Shown: positions 26,787 to 36,899, numbered from the stretch's first letter. The stretch is 64,000 nt of DNA from an uncultured Actinomycetota bacterium (GCA_963819885.1 CAWFXV010000003.1:4372-68371), one strand, 5' to 3'. Notes: a model not told the origin generated them from the sequence alone. Numbers and translations are program-made.

Positions 26787-27780
26787 GCGCCGGTTGGCCG
26801 CCGAGGTGGGCATAGAGGACGGTGGATTCCTTGGGGATTTCTCCCGAGCGGACGAGGTCGATGAGTCCAGCCATCGACTTCCCCTCGTATACGGGGTCGA
26901 GGATCACGCCCTCGAGCGAGCCGCAGAGCCTGATCGCGTCGATGGTCGACTCGACGGGGATCCCGTAGAGGTCACCAGCCCAGCCCCCCAGGACGGTGAT
27001 CTCGTCGTCACGCAGGTCGCGATCGAGCTCGATGAGTTCGGCCGTGTGACTGGCTATCCGGGCCACCTGGTCGCGGGTCTTGTCGAGCGTCGCTGACGCA
27101 TCGATGCCGAGCACCCGGCGTTGGCGGCCATCGGCGGTGTTCTGCAGGGCCGCGAAGCCGGCGATCATGCCGGCGTGCGTGGAGCCGGTCACTGTGCAGA
27201 CGACGATCGTGTCGAAGAAGACGCCGAACTGCTTCTCTTGCTCGGCGACCTCGAACGCCCAGTTGGCGAAGCCGAGTCCTCCGAGCGGGTGCTCGGAGGC
27301 GCCGGCGGGGATGCCGTATGGGATCCCGCCCGCCTCCTCTACCTCACGCAGTGCGTCCTCCCACGAGGTGCGGATGCCGATGTCGAAACCGGCCGGGTCG
27401 AGCCGCACGTCGGCGGCCATGATGCGCGACAGGAGGATGTTGCCGACTTTGTCGTTGGCGGGGTCGTCCCAATCGACCCACCTCTCCTGGACGAGGCGGC
27501 ACTTCAGGCCGAGCTTTGCGGCGACGGCCGCGACTTGGCGGGTGTGGTTCGACTGGACGCCGCCAATCGAAACCAGCGTGTCGGCGCCCTTGGCGAGCGC
27601 GTCTGGGACGAGGTACTCGAGCTTGCGGATCTTGTTCCCTCCGAAGGCGAGCCCTGAGTTGCAGTCCTCGCGCTTGGCCCAGACGGTCGCACCAGCGAGG
27701 TGCTTGGTGAGTCGGTCCAGCTGATGGATGGGGCTCGGCCCGAAGGTGAGCGGGTAGCGCGGAAAGTCGTGCAGCTTCAT
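26758..27780 (-). CDS. acdS: 1-aminocyclopropane-1-carboxylate (ACC) deaminase
   Basis: 340 aa from ATG 27780 (AAGGAG RBS). PLP Lys motif [30 protein letters not shown] (Glu retained), [14 protein letters not shown] (Leu retained). These are the residues I recall as separating AcdS from D-cysteine desulfhydrase. Confidence 0.88.
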   Translation of the reverse strand: MKLHDFPRYPLTFGPSPIHQLDRLTKHLAGATVWAKREDCNSGLAFGGNKIRKLEYLVPDALAKGADTLVSIGGVQSNHTRQVAAVAAKLGLKCRLVQERWVDWDDPANDKVGNILLSRIMAADVRLDPAGFDIGIRTSWEDALREVEEAGGIPYGIPAGASEHPLGGLGFANWAFEVAEQEKQFGVFFDTIVVCTVTGSTHAGMIAGFAALQNTADGRQRRVLGIDASATLDKTRDQVARIASHTAELIELDRDLRDDEITVLGGWAGDLYGIPVESTIDAIRLCGSLEGVILDPVYEGKSMAGLIDLVRSGEIPKESTVLYAHLGGQPALNAYSGIFG

Positions 27781-28180
27781 CGTGGTCTCCTTCGGCCAGT
27801 ATGCCGATGCGGCCGCGTCGCCGTCGCGGCCCCGCGGAGCGGTGTGACCGGTGACTTTCGGGTTACCCGGCTGTCGGCTGTCGCCGATGCGCTCGATGAT
27901 CCGGTCTGGACCCGACGGCGGCCCGTCGGTGGGTCGTCGACCCAGCACCGGGCAGTACAGGGCCCGGTCGATGACGCGTATCCGCTTGGACTGGCATAGT
28001 CAGGTAGACCGGACCTAGCTATCTACCACGCGCCCGGCGGTGCCGGTGTATGCCGCTGCACCCAACCGTGGCCGTGCCCTTCGTCACATCCCCGGTCTCG
28101 TCCACCACCATCACCGCGTGCGGCGCTTCGGATTCTCAGTTGATGCAAGCGTCGCTCGGGGTGTGATTGGTGGTGCGAGG

Positions 28181-29564
28181 ATGTCCAGCAAGTCGCTGGG
28201 CGGGGAGGACTCATTGGGGGGCATCGTTGGCCCAGCAGGGCAAGTGCCGCTGACCCGGGAGTTGGTCGCAAAATCGCGCTCGCAGGCTCCGCTGCTTGCG
28301 TCTGCGTGGACGTGTCTAGTTGCGTTGGTGGTTGTCGTCGCCGTTGTGGTCATGGTTGTACCGGTATCGGCATGCACTGCGTCGTCTCCGTGTGAACCGG
28401 CTTGGCTCGATGCCGTGTTTACCGGGTTGTGGGTGGCGAGCGCGGTGGCGATGTTTATCGACCGGTGGACCGGTGTCGGGCTGGGTGCCGCCGCCGTGGT
28501 CCTTGCCGTACCGCAGCAAATGGCGGATCCGCTGCCGTGGTGGGCATTCGCGTTAATTCCCGGGTATGTGGGTGTCCTCGTGGCCGTCGCCATCGTTCGG
28601 CAACGGCACCGGTCGGCCGTTGCCGCCGAGCTGGCGTCGGGGGCAACCTCAACGACCCGGAACCTGCTAACGCGAGGTCGCGGCAGTTGGCCATCGGCCA
28701 TTACATCCGGACTCGGGTTGCCGGTCGCTGTGGGCCTGATGGCGGCGGCGGTCGCCGCGGCCGGCTGGGGCTGGCATGTTCAAAGCGTGGAGGCTGACCA
28801 GGAAGCCGCCGCGAAGGTGGTCGAGGGCACGATCATGGCTTTCGACGATGATGTCGCCGTTCAAGTCGCGGTGCCGGCGCTCGATTCCACGGTCACCGTG
28901 GGCGTGTTCCATACCGCGGACTACCCGCTTGGGCACACCTTGCCGTTCTGGCTGCTGCCCGATGGGGACGTGCGCCCGGTCGCGGAGCCATACGACGCCT
29001 CCCTCTGGGGCGTTCTCGCCGCGCTGCTTGCAGGTCTTTCCATAGCCGCCGGTGCCCGGACCGTGCGTCGCCGACGCGGCCAGCTCGCCCTGTTTGACCG
29101 CCCGCAGCCTGTTTTTGCCGCGCGGGCAAGGCGCCATCCAAATCATGCGGAGATCTATTCCGTGCCGGTGGTGGGTCAAATAGACCATCCGGTCCTCGAG
29201 ATCGCATTGCGCTGGGTCAACCTCGACGACCCCCGCGAACCGCCCGCACCACCGCGCACCTGGGCGACGTCTGGTGACCGGGCAGAAAACAGTTCCGGCG
29301 ATGGAGGCGGGCCTGGACTGGTCGACGTCGAGCTGATCGGGATCCCGGCGGACGGCCACTGGTGCGCTGTCCGCCATGTCGGGACCCGAAGCCTTGGCAT
29401 ACCAACAGGTGTGGCGGCGGGTCTTGAACCTGGCCGACGTGCCTCCCGGAGTGGCCGTCTTGATCGAAGGGACCTCGGATCCGGTGGGCTGGCTAGAGCC
29501 GGGCCCTTGCTCATCGCGGAGGACCTTCTGCTCCTGCTCACCGATGACACCAGCGGCCGGTTGA
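28181..29564 (+). pseudogene. polytopic membrane protein, hypothetical; apparent frame switch near 29370
   Basis: Frame 2 carries 5-6 TM helices and a soluble middle part up to ...IPADGHWCAVRH. From 29376 to about 29505, GC3 favours frame 0 (MSGPEALAYQQVWRRVLNLADVPPGVAVLIEGTSDPVGWLEPGP). The 738-aa ORF in the track (28040..30256) therefore looks chimeric. Confidence 0.5.
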
Positions 29565-30256
29565 AAACTCTCGACGCGAAGGTCGCCATCCTGCTGGCGG
29601 GCGCGAACCTCGTCGAACTCGCCCTGATGGGACGAGTGGGCATCTCACGTGAGGTCAAGCCGATCCGGTTCCTGGGCATCAACCGGACGGTGGACCGGCT
29701 CGTCGTTCGTGATCCCTCCCCAACCGGTGATGCAGTCCTCGACGCGGCCGTGCAGATCGCCATCAGGGGCGAGGCCGGGCGGCCGCGCCGCGCCGCGGTG
29801 CTCCATCCGGAGAGCAGAACGTCGTGGGTGATCCGGCTGTCGGGCGAGAACCTGCAGCAGACGCTGTACGAGCGGTTTTTCAGCCGCGGGATGGTCCGCC
29901 ACGAGCGGCGCAGAACCCTGATGTACAACTTCGCGTTGACAAAGGAAGACCGGTGGCCGGTTCAGGATTCCCGCCGCCAAGTGGAGGTGCGCCATCGGGT
30001 GATCCAGGCGCTTGTGGCGCAGACGACTCCGGACACGCGAAGCGCCGCGATGATCGCCATCCTGCACACGATTCGGCACGAGCCCAAGATCGTCGACCCT
30101 CGACATTACGGCATGTCCAAGAGCCAACTCATCGCGCGTGGCGAGCAGATCGCCAACAGCAACTGGGCACCCGAGGCTGTTAGCGACTCGATCGACACAA
30201 TAATCGCCGCGACCGGGACGGTCGCCGCGTCCGCGGGGGAGGGCGGCGGCGGTTGA
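29507..30256 (+). CDS. GPP34 (GOLPH3/VPS74-like) family protein
   Basis: (M)LIAEDLLLLLTDDTSGRLK...AGANLVELALMGRV... is the family's typical N-terminus. A TTG start at 29507 is proposed. About 249 aa, the normal family size. Confidence 0.7.
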   Translation: MLIAEDLLLLLTDDTSGRLKTLDAKVAILLAGANLVELALMGRVGISREVKPIRFLGINRTVDRLVVRDPSPTGDAVLDAAVQIAIRGEAGRPRRAAVLHPESRTSWVIRLSGENLQQTLYERFFSRGMVRHERRRTLMYNFALTKEDRWPVQDSRRQVEVRHRVIQALVAQTTPDTRSAAMIAILHTIRHEPKIVDPRHYGMSKSQLIARGEQIANSNWAPEAVSDSIDTIIAATGTVAASAGEGGGG

Positions 30257-30351
30257 AACTCCGGCACAACTCGAGAGGCGCTATGGCGGAACGATGCCGG
30301 CGTGCGCGTCGAGAACCCGTTCCGTAAGGGATGGGAAGCGGAGGAGCCTCG

Positions 30352-31659
30352 GTGACCAGCTTCTGGTGCGAGCACGCCTGGCTCCCTGACGGAGTCTCGA
30401 GACGGGTGCGCGTGACAGCCGACGATGGGGGCGTCGTGACCGCCATCGACGTCGCCGTGGATGCGCAGCCGAACGACATACGTCTGGACGGCGTCGTCCT
30501 GCCGGGTTTCGCCAATGCCCACTCCCACGCCTTCCATCGAGCGCTGCGAGGTCGAACGCATGCCGGCGGCGGGACTTTCTGGACGTGGCGAGAGCGGATG
30601 TACGAGGTCGCCGCAGGGCTCGATCCCGACTCGTACCGCCGGCTCGCGACCGCGGTCTACGCCGAGATGGCGCTGGCCGGCGTGTCCTGCGTCGGTGAAT
30701 TCCACTACCTCCACCACGGTCCAGGCGGTATTTCCTACGACAGTCCCAACGCGATGGGAGATGCCCTCCGGGAAGCCGCACGGGCGGCCGGCATCCGGCT
30801 CACCCTTCTCGACACCTGCTATCTGGCGGGTGGGATCGGCGAACCGCTCGACGAGACGCAACTCCGGTTCGGCGACGGCGACGCGGGCCGGTGGGCCGAA
30901 CGCGTCGCTGCCCTCGTACCCGACCCCAACTGCAAGATCGGTGCGGCGATCCATTCGGTCCGTGCCGTGCCCGCCGACCAGATTCCTACGGTCGTGTCGG
31001 CAGCCGGAAGCCGTCCTCTCCACGTGCACCTCTCCGAGCAGCCGGCCGAGAACGAGCAGTGTGTCCACGCGTACGGCATGACTCCGACGCAGCTGCTCCT
31101 CGACCGAGGCGTCCTGAATCCGACGACCACTGCGGTGCATGCCACTCACCTGACTCGGCGGGACATCGACCTGCTCGGCCGGGCTCGCACGACCGCCTGC
31201 TTCTGTCCGACGACCGAGCGGGACCTCGCCGACGGGATCGGTCCCGCTCGCGCCCTCCGCGACGCCGGTTGCCCGATCGCCCTCGGTTCGGACCAGCACG
31301 CCGTCCTCGACCTGATCGAGGAGGCGCGGGCGCTGGAGATGCACGAGCGGCTGGCCAGTCGCGAGCGCGGGCGATTCACTCCAGTCGAACTGGTCGCTGC
31401 GCTGACCGAGGCGGGCCACGCCGCCCTCGGCTGGCCGGAAGCCGGCCGCATCGCCATCGGGTTGCTGTGCGACCTGGTAGCGGTTCGGCTGGACAGTCCG
31501 CGTACGGCCGGCGTCGATGCGGCTCAGGTCGTCCTCGCCGCGACGGCGGCCGACGTCGACCATGTCGTCGTCGGTGGCCGTACCGTCGTCAGCGAGGGCC
31601 GGCACCTGCTGGGCGACGTCGGCTCTTTGCTGACCGATGCGCTCGCCCGGATCCGTTGA
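30352..31659 (+). CDS. hutF: formimidoylglutamate deiminase
   Basis: VTSFWCEHAWLPDG..., PGFANAHSHAFHRALRGR, amidohydrolase-fold HxH and downstream His/Asp ligands. GTG 30352 is preceded by GGAGGAG. Confidence 0.88.
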   Translation: MTSFWCEHAWLPDGVSRRVRVTADDGGVVTAIDVAVDAQPNDIRLDGVVLPGFANAHSHAFHRALRGRTHAGGGTFWTWRERMYEVAAGLDPDSYRRLATAVYAEMALAGVSCVGEFHYLHHGPGGISYDSPNAMGDALREAARAAGIRLTLLDTCYLAGGIGEPLDETQLRFGDGDAGRWAERVAALVPDPNCKIGAAIHSVRAVPADQIPTVVSAAGSRPLHVHLSEQPAENEQCVHAYGMTPTQLLLDRGVLNPTTTAVHATHLTRRDIDLLGRARTTACFCPTTERDLADGIGPARALRDAGCPIALGSDQHAVLDLIEEARALEMHERLASRERGRFTPVELVAALTEAGHAALGWPEAGRIAIGLLCDLVAVRLDSPRTAGVDAAQVVLAATAADVDHVVVGGRTVVSEGRHLLGDVGSLLTDALARIR

Positions 31660-31745
31660 TCTTGGCGATGTGGTCGTGCGGTGACCGATTTGCCCGACAC
31701 TTCGCCGTGATCGACGAGGGGGAGGGAGCGGGACAAGGCCGAGCC

Positions 31746-33989
31746 TCAGCCGCGGTCGAGCGCGGCTAGCCGTCGCAGCGGCCGTGGCAACCACCAGTTC
31801 CGCTCGCCCAACAGGCTCATGGCTGCGGGCAGCAGGACCGCGCGGACGATGGTCGCGTCGATCAGGATAGCTGCGGCCAGGCCCACCCCCATCTGCTTGA
31901 ACTCCAGAGCCGAGAGCGTGGCGAAGATGGAGAAGACCGCGACCATCACCAGCGCAGCGCTGGTCACCACTCCCGCGGACGAGGTGATCCCGTGCGCGAT
32001 CGCATCGCGCGTCGACATCCCCTGGCGTCGTCCCTCGTTGATCCGGCTGACCACGAACACGTGGTAGTCCATCGACAGCCCGAACAGGATCACGAACAGG
32101 AACAGCGGCAACCAGGTCACGACCGCGCCGTTGGAGGAGAAGTCGAGCACACCTTCCGCCCAGCCGTTCTGGAACACCAGCACCAGCAGCCCGTACGCAG
32201 CGGCCACCGACAGCAGGTTCAGCGCGGCGGCGGTCAGCGCGATCGTCAGCGACCGGAACGAGATCACCAGCACGATGACGGTCAGCAGGAGAACGAACCC
32301 GATCACCAGCGGCAGCCGATCCCAGATCTCGTCGCGGAAGTCGATGTCCCAGGCGATCTCGCCGGTCACACCGGCCTGCGCGCCCGGCACGGCACCCAGT
32401 GTCTCGGGCACCATCTCCCGCAACGTCTCCAGCGAACCCCGGCCCTGCGGGTCATCGACCTCGGCGGACACCGGCACGCTGAGACGAGCGACATCGCCAC
32501 CCGCCGCGTACTCGACCTCCGGGACGGTTCCGTCAACCGCGAAGAACGGATCCGAATCGGCGCGTTCGGCGAGCTGCCCGACGGCCGCATCGACCGCGGC
32601 GACATCTAGCGCCGTTCCGTCCTGTGACCAGACGGCGACGGTGTGGCTGGTGCCCTCGGACGGGTACGCGTCGCTGATCCGCTGATAGGTCTGCACTTGC
32701 GGGATCGAGGTCGGCATGTCGTCCAATCCCGGGTTGGACAGGGTCATGCCCAGGGCGGGGACGGCCAGAGCGGCAAGCGATGCGGTACCGACGGCTAGCG
32801 CGATACCCGGCCGGCGCAGCACCGGACGCAGTACCGCGGGCCAGAGCCGCGATCCGCCCGAGCGCCGCTGCAGGCGCCAGAGCAGCGGGACGCGAGGGCG
32901 GTCCACCCAACGGCCGAGGATCGACAGCAGCGCTGGCAGCACGGTCACCGAGCCGAGGACGGCGACGGCCACCACGAGGATCGTTCCCATCGCGAACGCA
33001 GAGAAGATCGAGAACCCGGCGAGGAACATGCCGGCCATGGCAACCATCACGGTGAGGCCGGATACGACAACCGCACGTCCGGACGTCGCTGCCGTCACGG
33101 CGATCGCATGGTCGACCGAGTTGCCCTTCGCGCGTTCCTCGCGGTCCCGGCGGATATAGAACAAGGAGTAGTCCACGCCGACGGCCATGCCGACGAGCAG
33201 GACGACAGAGCTCAGCAAGTCGTTGGTCGGCACCAGGTAGGACGCGAACGCCGACAGGCCCACCGCGGCCCCGACGGACGAAAGCGCCAGCAGGATCGGC
33301 ACTCCCGCGGCGATGAGAGCGCCGAACACGACCAGCAGAATGATCAATGTCACTGGGATGGAGATGAATTCTGCCTTCGCGAAGTCGTCCTCGTAGACCT
33401 GGTCGAGCGCGGCGCCCATCGTGGAATCGCCAACTTGGCCGATCCGTAGGTCGGGATGGTCGGCTGCGGCATCGTCGACGACGTCCTGCACGGTCAGCGC
33501 CGCCTCGTCCACGGCTGCAGAGCGCTGATCATCGGTGCCGGTTCCCCCGTCGAGAGCTGCCTGAATCAACAACGACGTCCCGTCCGTTGACGGAATTGGC
33601 TCTCCGACATCCACGACTCCGGTCAGGCCGCGCAGCTCGTCGCTGAGCTCAGCCGCGACGTCGGTCGCTGCGGTGTCGATCGGCTCGCCGGCCGCGTCCT
33701 GGATGAGCACAGATTCCGTCGGGACCTCACCGAAGTCGGCGTCCATGAGCGCGCGGTCTGCTCCAGCCGACGCTCCGATCGTCTCCTCCGCCTCGTCACT
33801 TTCTTGCGCCGTGATCGAACCGCCGCCGACGATCGCTGCCGCGACAAAGGCGATCCACAGGACCAACGCCCACCACCGATGCCGGGCACTCCACGTCGCG
33901 ATGGCGACGACGGGCCCGCGCGGCGGGGGAGCCGGCGAGGTGCGCGGTTGTTCCGGTCGGGTGGCGACGTCGGTCGGTGCGGCGGTCAT
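31746..33989 (-). CDS. MMPL-family (RND superfamily) transporter
   Basis: 747 aa. Two 6-TM bundles, each preceded by a soluble loop. Family signatures GVDYSLFYIRRDREE and GLSMDYHVFVVSRI. Confidence 0.9.
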   Translation of the reverse strand: MTAAPTDVATRPEQPRTSPAPPPRGPVVAIATWSARHRWWALVLWIAFVAAAIVGGGSITAQESDEAEETIGASAGADRALMDADFGEVPTESVLIQDAAGEPIDTAATDVAAELSDELRGLTGVVDVGEPIPSTDGTSLLIQAALDGGTGTDDQRSAAVDEAALTVQDVVDDAAADHPDLRIGQVGDSTMGAALDQVYEDDFAKAEFISIPVTLIILLVVFGALIAAGVPILLALSSVGAAVGLSAFASYLVPTNDLLSSVVLLVGMAVGVDYSLFYIRRDREERAKGNSVDHAIAVTAATSGRAVVVSGLTVMVAMAGMFLAGFSIFSAFAMGTILVVAVAVLGSVTVLPALLSILGRWVDRPRVPLLWRLQRRSGGSRLWPAVLRPVLRRPGIALAVGTASLAALAVPALGMTLSNPGLDDMPTSIPQVQTYQRISDAYPSEGTSHTVAVWSQDGTALDVAAVDAAVGQLAERADSDPFFAVDGTVPEVEYAAGGDVARLSVPVSAEVDDPQGRGSLETLREMVPETLGAVPGAQAGVTGEIAWDIDFRDEIWDRLPLVIGFVLLLTVIVLVISFRSLTIALTAAALNLLSVAAAYGLLVLVFQNGWAEGVLDFSSNGAVVTWLPLFLFVILFGLSMDYHVFVVSRINEGRRQGMSTRDAIAHGITSSAGVVTSAALVMVAVFSIFATLSALEFKQMGVGLAAAILIDATIVRAVLLPAAMSLLGERNWWLPRPLRRLAALDRG

Positions 33990-34132
33990 GGGATCTCCCC
34001 GGCAGGCTCAGCAGTGGTCTGGCCACAGCGTCGTCGCCCTGCGCCGCGAGCACAGTCGGGAATGATCCGGAAATCGGCCTCAGGGGTAACCCCTTGACTC
34101 CCTAGGGATCGGATGGCTCCGGTCTCGGCAAC

Positions 34133-34150
34133 GGTGCCACCGGTGGTACC
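34133..34150. promoter_or_regulatory. near-palindrome immediately upstream of vapB (putative VapB operator)
   Basis: GGTGCCACCGGTGGTACC has a perfect 10-nt core CCACCGGTGG and ends 8 nt before the vapB ATG. No RBS fits in between. Confidence 0.4.
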
Positions 34151-34158
34151 ATACCCGG

Positions 34159-34374
34159 ATGGAGAAGACGACGGTCTACCTGCCCGGCGAACTCAAGGAC
34201 GCCGTGAAGAGCGCGGCACGTCGCCGCCGTGTGTCGGAGGCAACAGTGATCCGGGACGCCATTCGGGCGGCCGTCGCCCCGGACCGGCCACGACCTCGAC
34301 CGGGGCTGTTCGCGAGCAAGGCTCCGATGGGCGAGCGCGTCGATGAGTTGCTGGCCGGGTTCGGCGAGCGGTGA
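34159..34374 (+). CDS. vapB: type II antitoxin VapB (CopG/RHH)
   Basis: 71 aa. RHH pattern KTTVYLPGELKDAVKSAARRRRVSEATVIRDAI. 4-nt overlap with vapC. Confidence 0.85.
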   Translation: MEKTTVYLPGELKDAVKSAARRRRVSEATVIRDAIRAAVAPDRPRPRPGLFASKAPMGERVDELLAGFGER

Positions 34375-34778
34375 TCGTCGACACGAGCGCCTTGCTGGCA
34401 TTCTTCGACCGAACCGAGCCTCGTCACGACTCAACCGTCATGGCGATGACCTCCGAGCGCGGACCCCTGGTGGTATCGCCGTATGTATTCGCCGAACTGG
34501 ATTACCTGGTCGCAACACGCCTCGGCGTCGACACCGAGGTGGCCGTTCTGCGCGAGCTGGCCGGTGGCGCGTGGGAGCTTGCATCGCTGGACAACGACGA
34601 CGCCTTACGCGCGGCCTCGGTCATCGAGAAGTACCCGGATCAGGCGATCGGTTTGGCAGACGCGTCGATCGTCGTTCTCGCCGACCGCTATGGAACCCGA
34701 CGGATTGCCACGCTCGACCGCCGTCACTTTGGCGTGCTCCGGCCACTGCAGGGCGGACGCTTCACCATCGTGCCGTGA
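34371..34778 (+). CDS. vapC: type II toxin VapC (PIN-domain ribonuclease)
   Basis: 135 aa. PIN acidic residues in context (MIVDTSALLAFF, ...FAELDYL..., GLADASIVVLA, ATLDRRHF). Confidence 0.88.
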   Translation: MIVDTSALLAFFDRTEPRHDSTVMAMTSERGPLVVSPYVFAELDYLVATRLGVDTEVAVLRELAGGAWELASLDNDDALRAASVIEKYPDQAIGLADASIVVLADRYGTRRIATLDRRHFGVLRPLQGGRFTIVP

Positions 34779-34801
34779 GTGTCCAGCCTTACGGTAGGGC
34801 C

Positions 34802-35999
34802 GTGTCGACGACCCTCGTGGGCAACATCGGGCTGCTCCTCACCGGTTCGACCGATTACGGTGACGGATCACCGCTCGGTGAGATGGCCGATGCTGCGCTG
34901 GTGTTCGGCGACGACGGCCGGGTGGCGTGGGTCGGAGCAAACCGGCGTGCCCCGGCTGCCGACTCTTGGGTCGACGCCGGGGGACGATGTGTGCTGCCGG
35001 GTTTCGTCGACAGCCATTCCCATCTGGTCTTCGCGGGCGACCGAGCGGCGGAGTTCGACGCCCGGATGGCCGGGCGCCGGTACGAAGCGGGCGGTATCCG
35101 GACGACTGTTGCCGCCACACGCGCGGCCTCGGACGAGGACGCTCGCCGACAACCTGGCCCGGCTCGTCGCAGAGATGCGCCGGCAAGGCACGACGACCGT
35201 GGAGATCAAGAGCGGCTACGGATTGACGGTTCGGGACGAGGCCCGCGCGTTGGCGCTGGCGAAGTCTCACGACGGACGAGACGACCTACCTGGGCGCGCA
35301 CGTCGTGCCCGTCAGAGTATGCCGACGATACAGGCGGCGTACGTCAAGCTCGTCACCGGGGAGATGCTCGATGCCTGCGCGCCGCACGCCCGCTGGGTCG
35401 ACGTCTTCTGCGAGCGAGGGCGCCTTCGATGCTGATGCCGCGCGCGCGGTCCTCACCGCAGGGATGGAGCCGAGGTCTGCAGGCGCGAGTCCACGCCAAC
35501 CAGCTCGGGGAGGGCCCGGGCGTGCAGCTGGCCTGCGAGCTCGGTGCCGCCAGCGCGGACCACTGCACGTTTCTGACCGATGCGGACGTCGACGCGTTGG
35601 CGGCGTCGGGAACTGTCGTCGACGCTGCTACCCGGCGTCGAGTTCTCGACCCGATCTCCGTACCCCGACGCCCGCCGACTGCTCGGCGCCGGGGTCACGG
35701 TCGCGCTCGCGACCGACTGCAATCCCGGCTCGTGCTTCACCTCGTCGATGCCGTTCTGCATCGCGTTGGCAGTTCGCGAGATGCGGATGACCCCGGCCGA
35801 GGCCGTGTGGTCAGCGACCGTCGGTGGTGCGGCCGCGCTACGCCGAGCCGACGTCGGGCGCCTGGTCCCCGGTGCGCGAGCCGACTTTGTCGTTCTCGAC
35901 GCACCGTCGTATGTGCACCTGGCGTACCGCCCTGGCGTCCCGTTGGTCACCGAGACCCGGCAGGGCGGTCGACCCTCGAGCACACCCCGTCTTCGCTGA
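34802..35999 (+). pseudogene. hutI: imidazolonepropionase, at least 7 frameshifts
   Basis: Homology hops between frames. The segments are: [12 protein letters not shown]...[19 protein letters not shown]...TRAASDED (frame 2); [28 protein letters not shown] (0); [13 protein letters not shown] (1); SEYADDTGG (2); [10 protein letters not shown]...WVDVFCERG (0); [14 protein letters not shown] (1); [34 protein letters not shown] (2); LLPGVEFS...[10 protein letters not shown]...[10 protein letters not shown] (0). Confidence 0.88.
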
Positions 36000-36175
36000 A
36001 TAACTCCGCGTTTGGGGCCGGGTTATCGGCCCGCTGAGAAGGGCAACTTCGCGAAGGTCCGCCCCGTAGTAGGCCGCTTGTCGTCGCCCTAGGGCAGGGG
36101 AAGCTACCGGCTTTCTCCACGTCTCCCGGCTCGGACGGCGTGGTAAACCCTCCAGTCGCGCAGGAGTATTCGCGG

Positions 36176-36871
36176 TCACCGTTCGGGTCGGATGTTCTGG
36201 TTGAGATGGAAGACGTTGTCCGGGTCGTAACGCCGTTTGAGCATGGCGAGACGGGCGAGCTTGCCGGCCGGGTATGCCCGGCGCACACCGGTTTCCCCCT
36301 CGTCGGCGAGCACGTTGACGTAGACGCCGCTCGCGAAAGAGCTCGACGGCGGCGCCGAACCGGCGGGCCGCCCCGACGCGCTGGTCGTCCTCGGCCGGGT
36401 CGGTCCAGCCGGTGAGCGGCCGACGAACTCCACCAACGTGCTGCGGTGGCTGAACGCGCTGTACGTTATCGAAGACGTTGCGGCGATCGCGGCGCCATAA
36501 GCCTTGCAGGGATCCGTTCGGTAGTCGCATCCGGTCTGCGCCAGGATCGGAGTTCCCCCTAGGGACAAGAATGCGTCGATGAGCGGCGTCAGAGAGTTCG
36601 GACAGGAAGTGACCCTTGAAATACCGTCGCAGACGCGGCCTGGGCGGTGCGCGGACTCGTCGTCCATGGTCTGCAGCCGCAGATAGCAGACAACTCCTCC
36701 AGCCCGCTCGGCCAGCGGCGGGCCGAGGCTGGCGACAATCGGCAGCATCTGGCGGCCTTCATCTGGATCGCCCACCCAGACGAAGCCCAGGCTCGCCAGC
36801 GTCCGGTTCCGCAGCTGTGGCTGCATGACCGCCACGCAGCGGGCGGAGCGGGTGACGTCGAGCAAAGTCAA
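36176..36871 (-). pseudogene. C-terminal remnant of a BBE/FAD-linked oxidase, truncated and frameshifted
   Basis: ...[17 protein letters not shown]...[11 protein letters not shown]...[10 protein letters not shown]...[49 protein letters not shown] parallels the C-terminal half of the 22678..24094 gene. No FAD-binding N-terminal half is present. Confidence 0.7.
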
Positions 36872-36899
36872 TGGCGGCTGATCATCTGAACTCCGTCCA

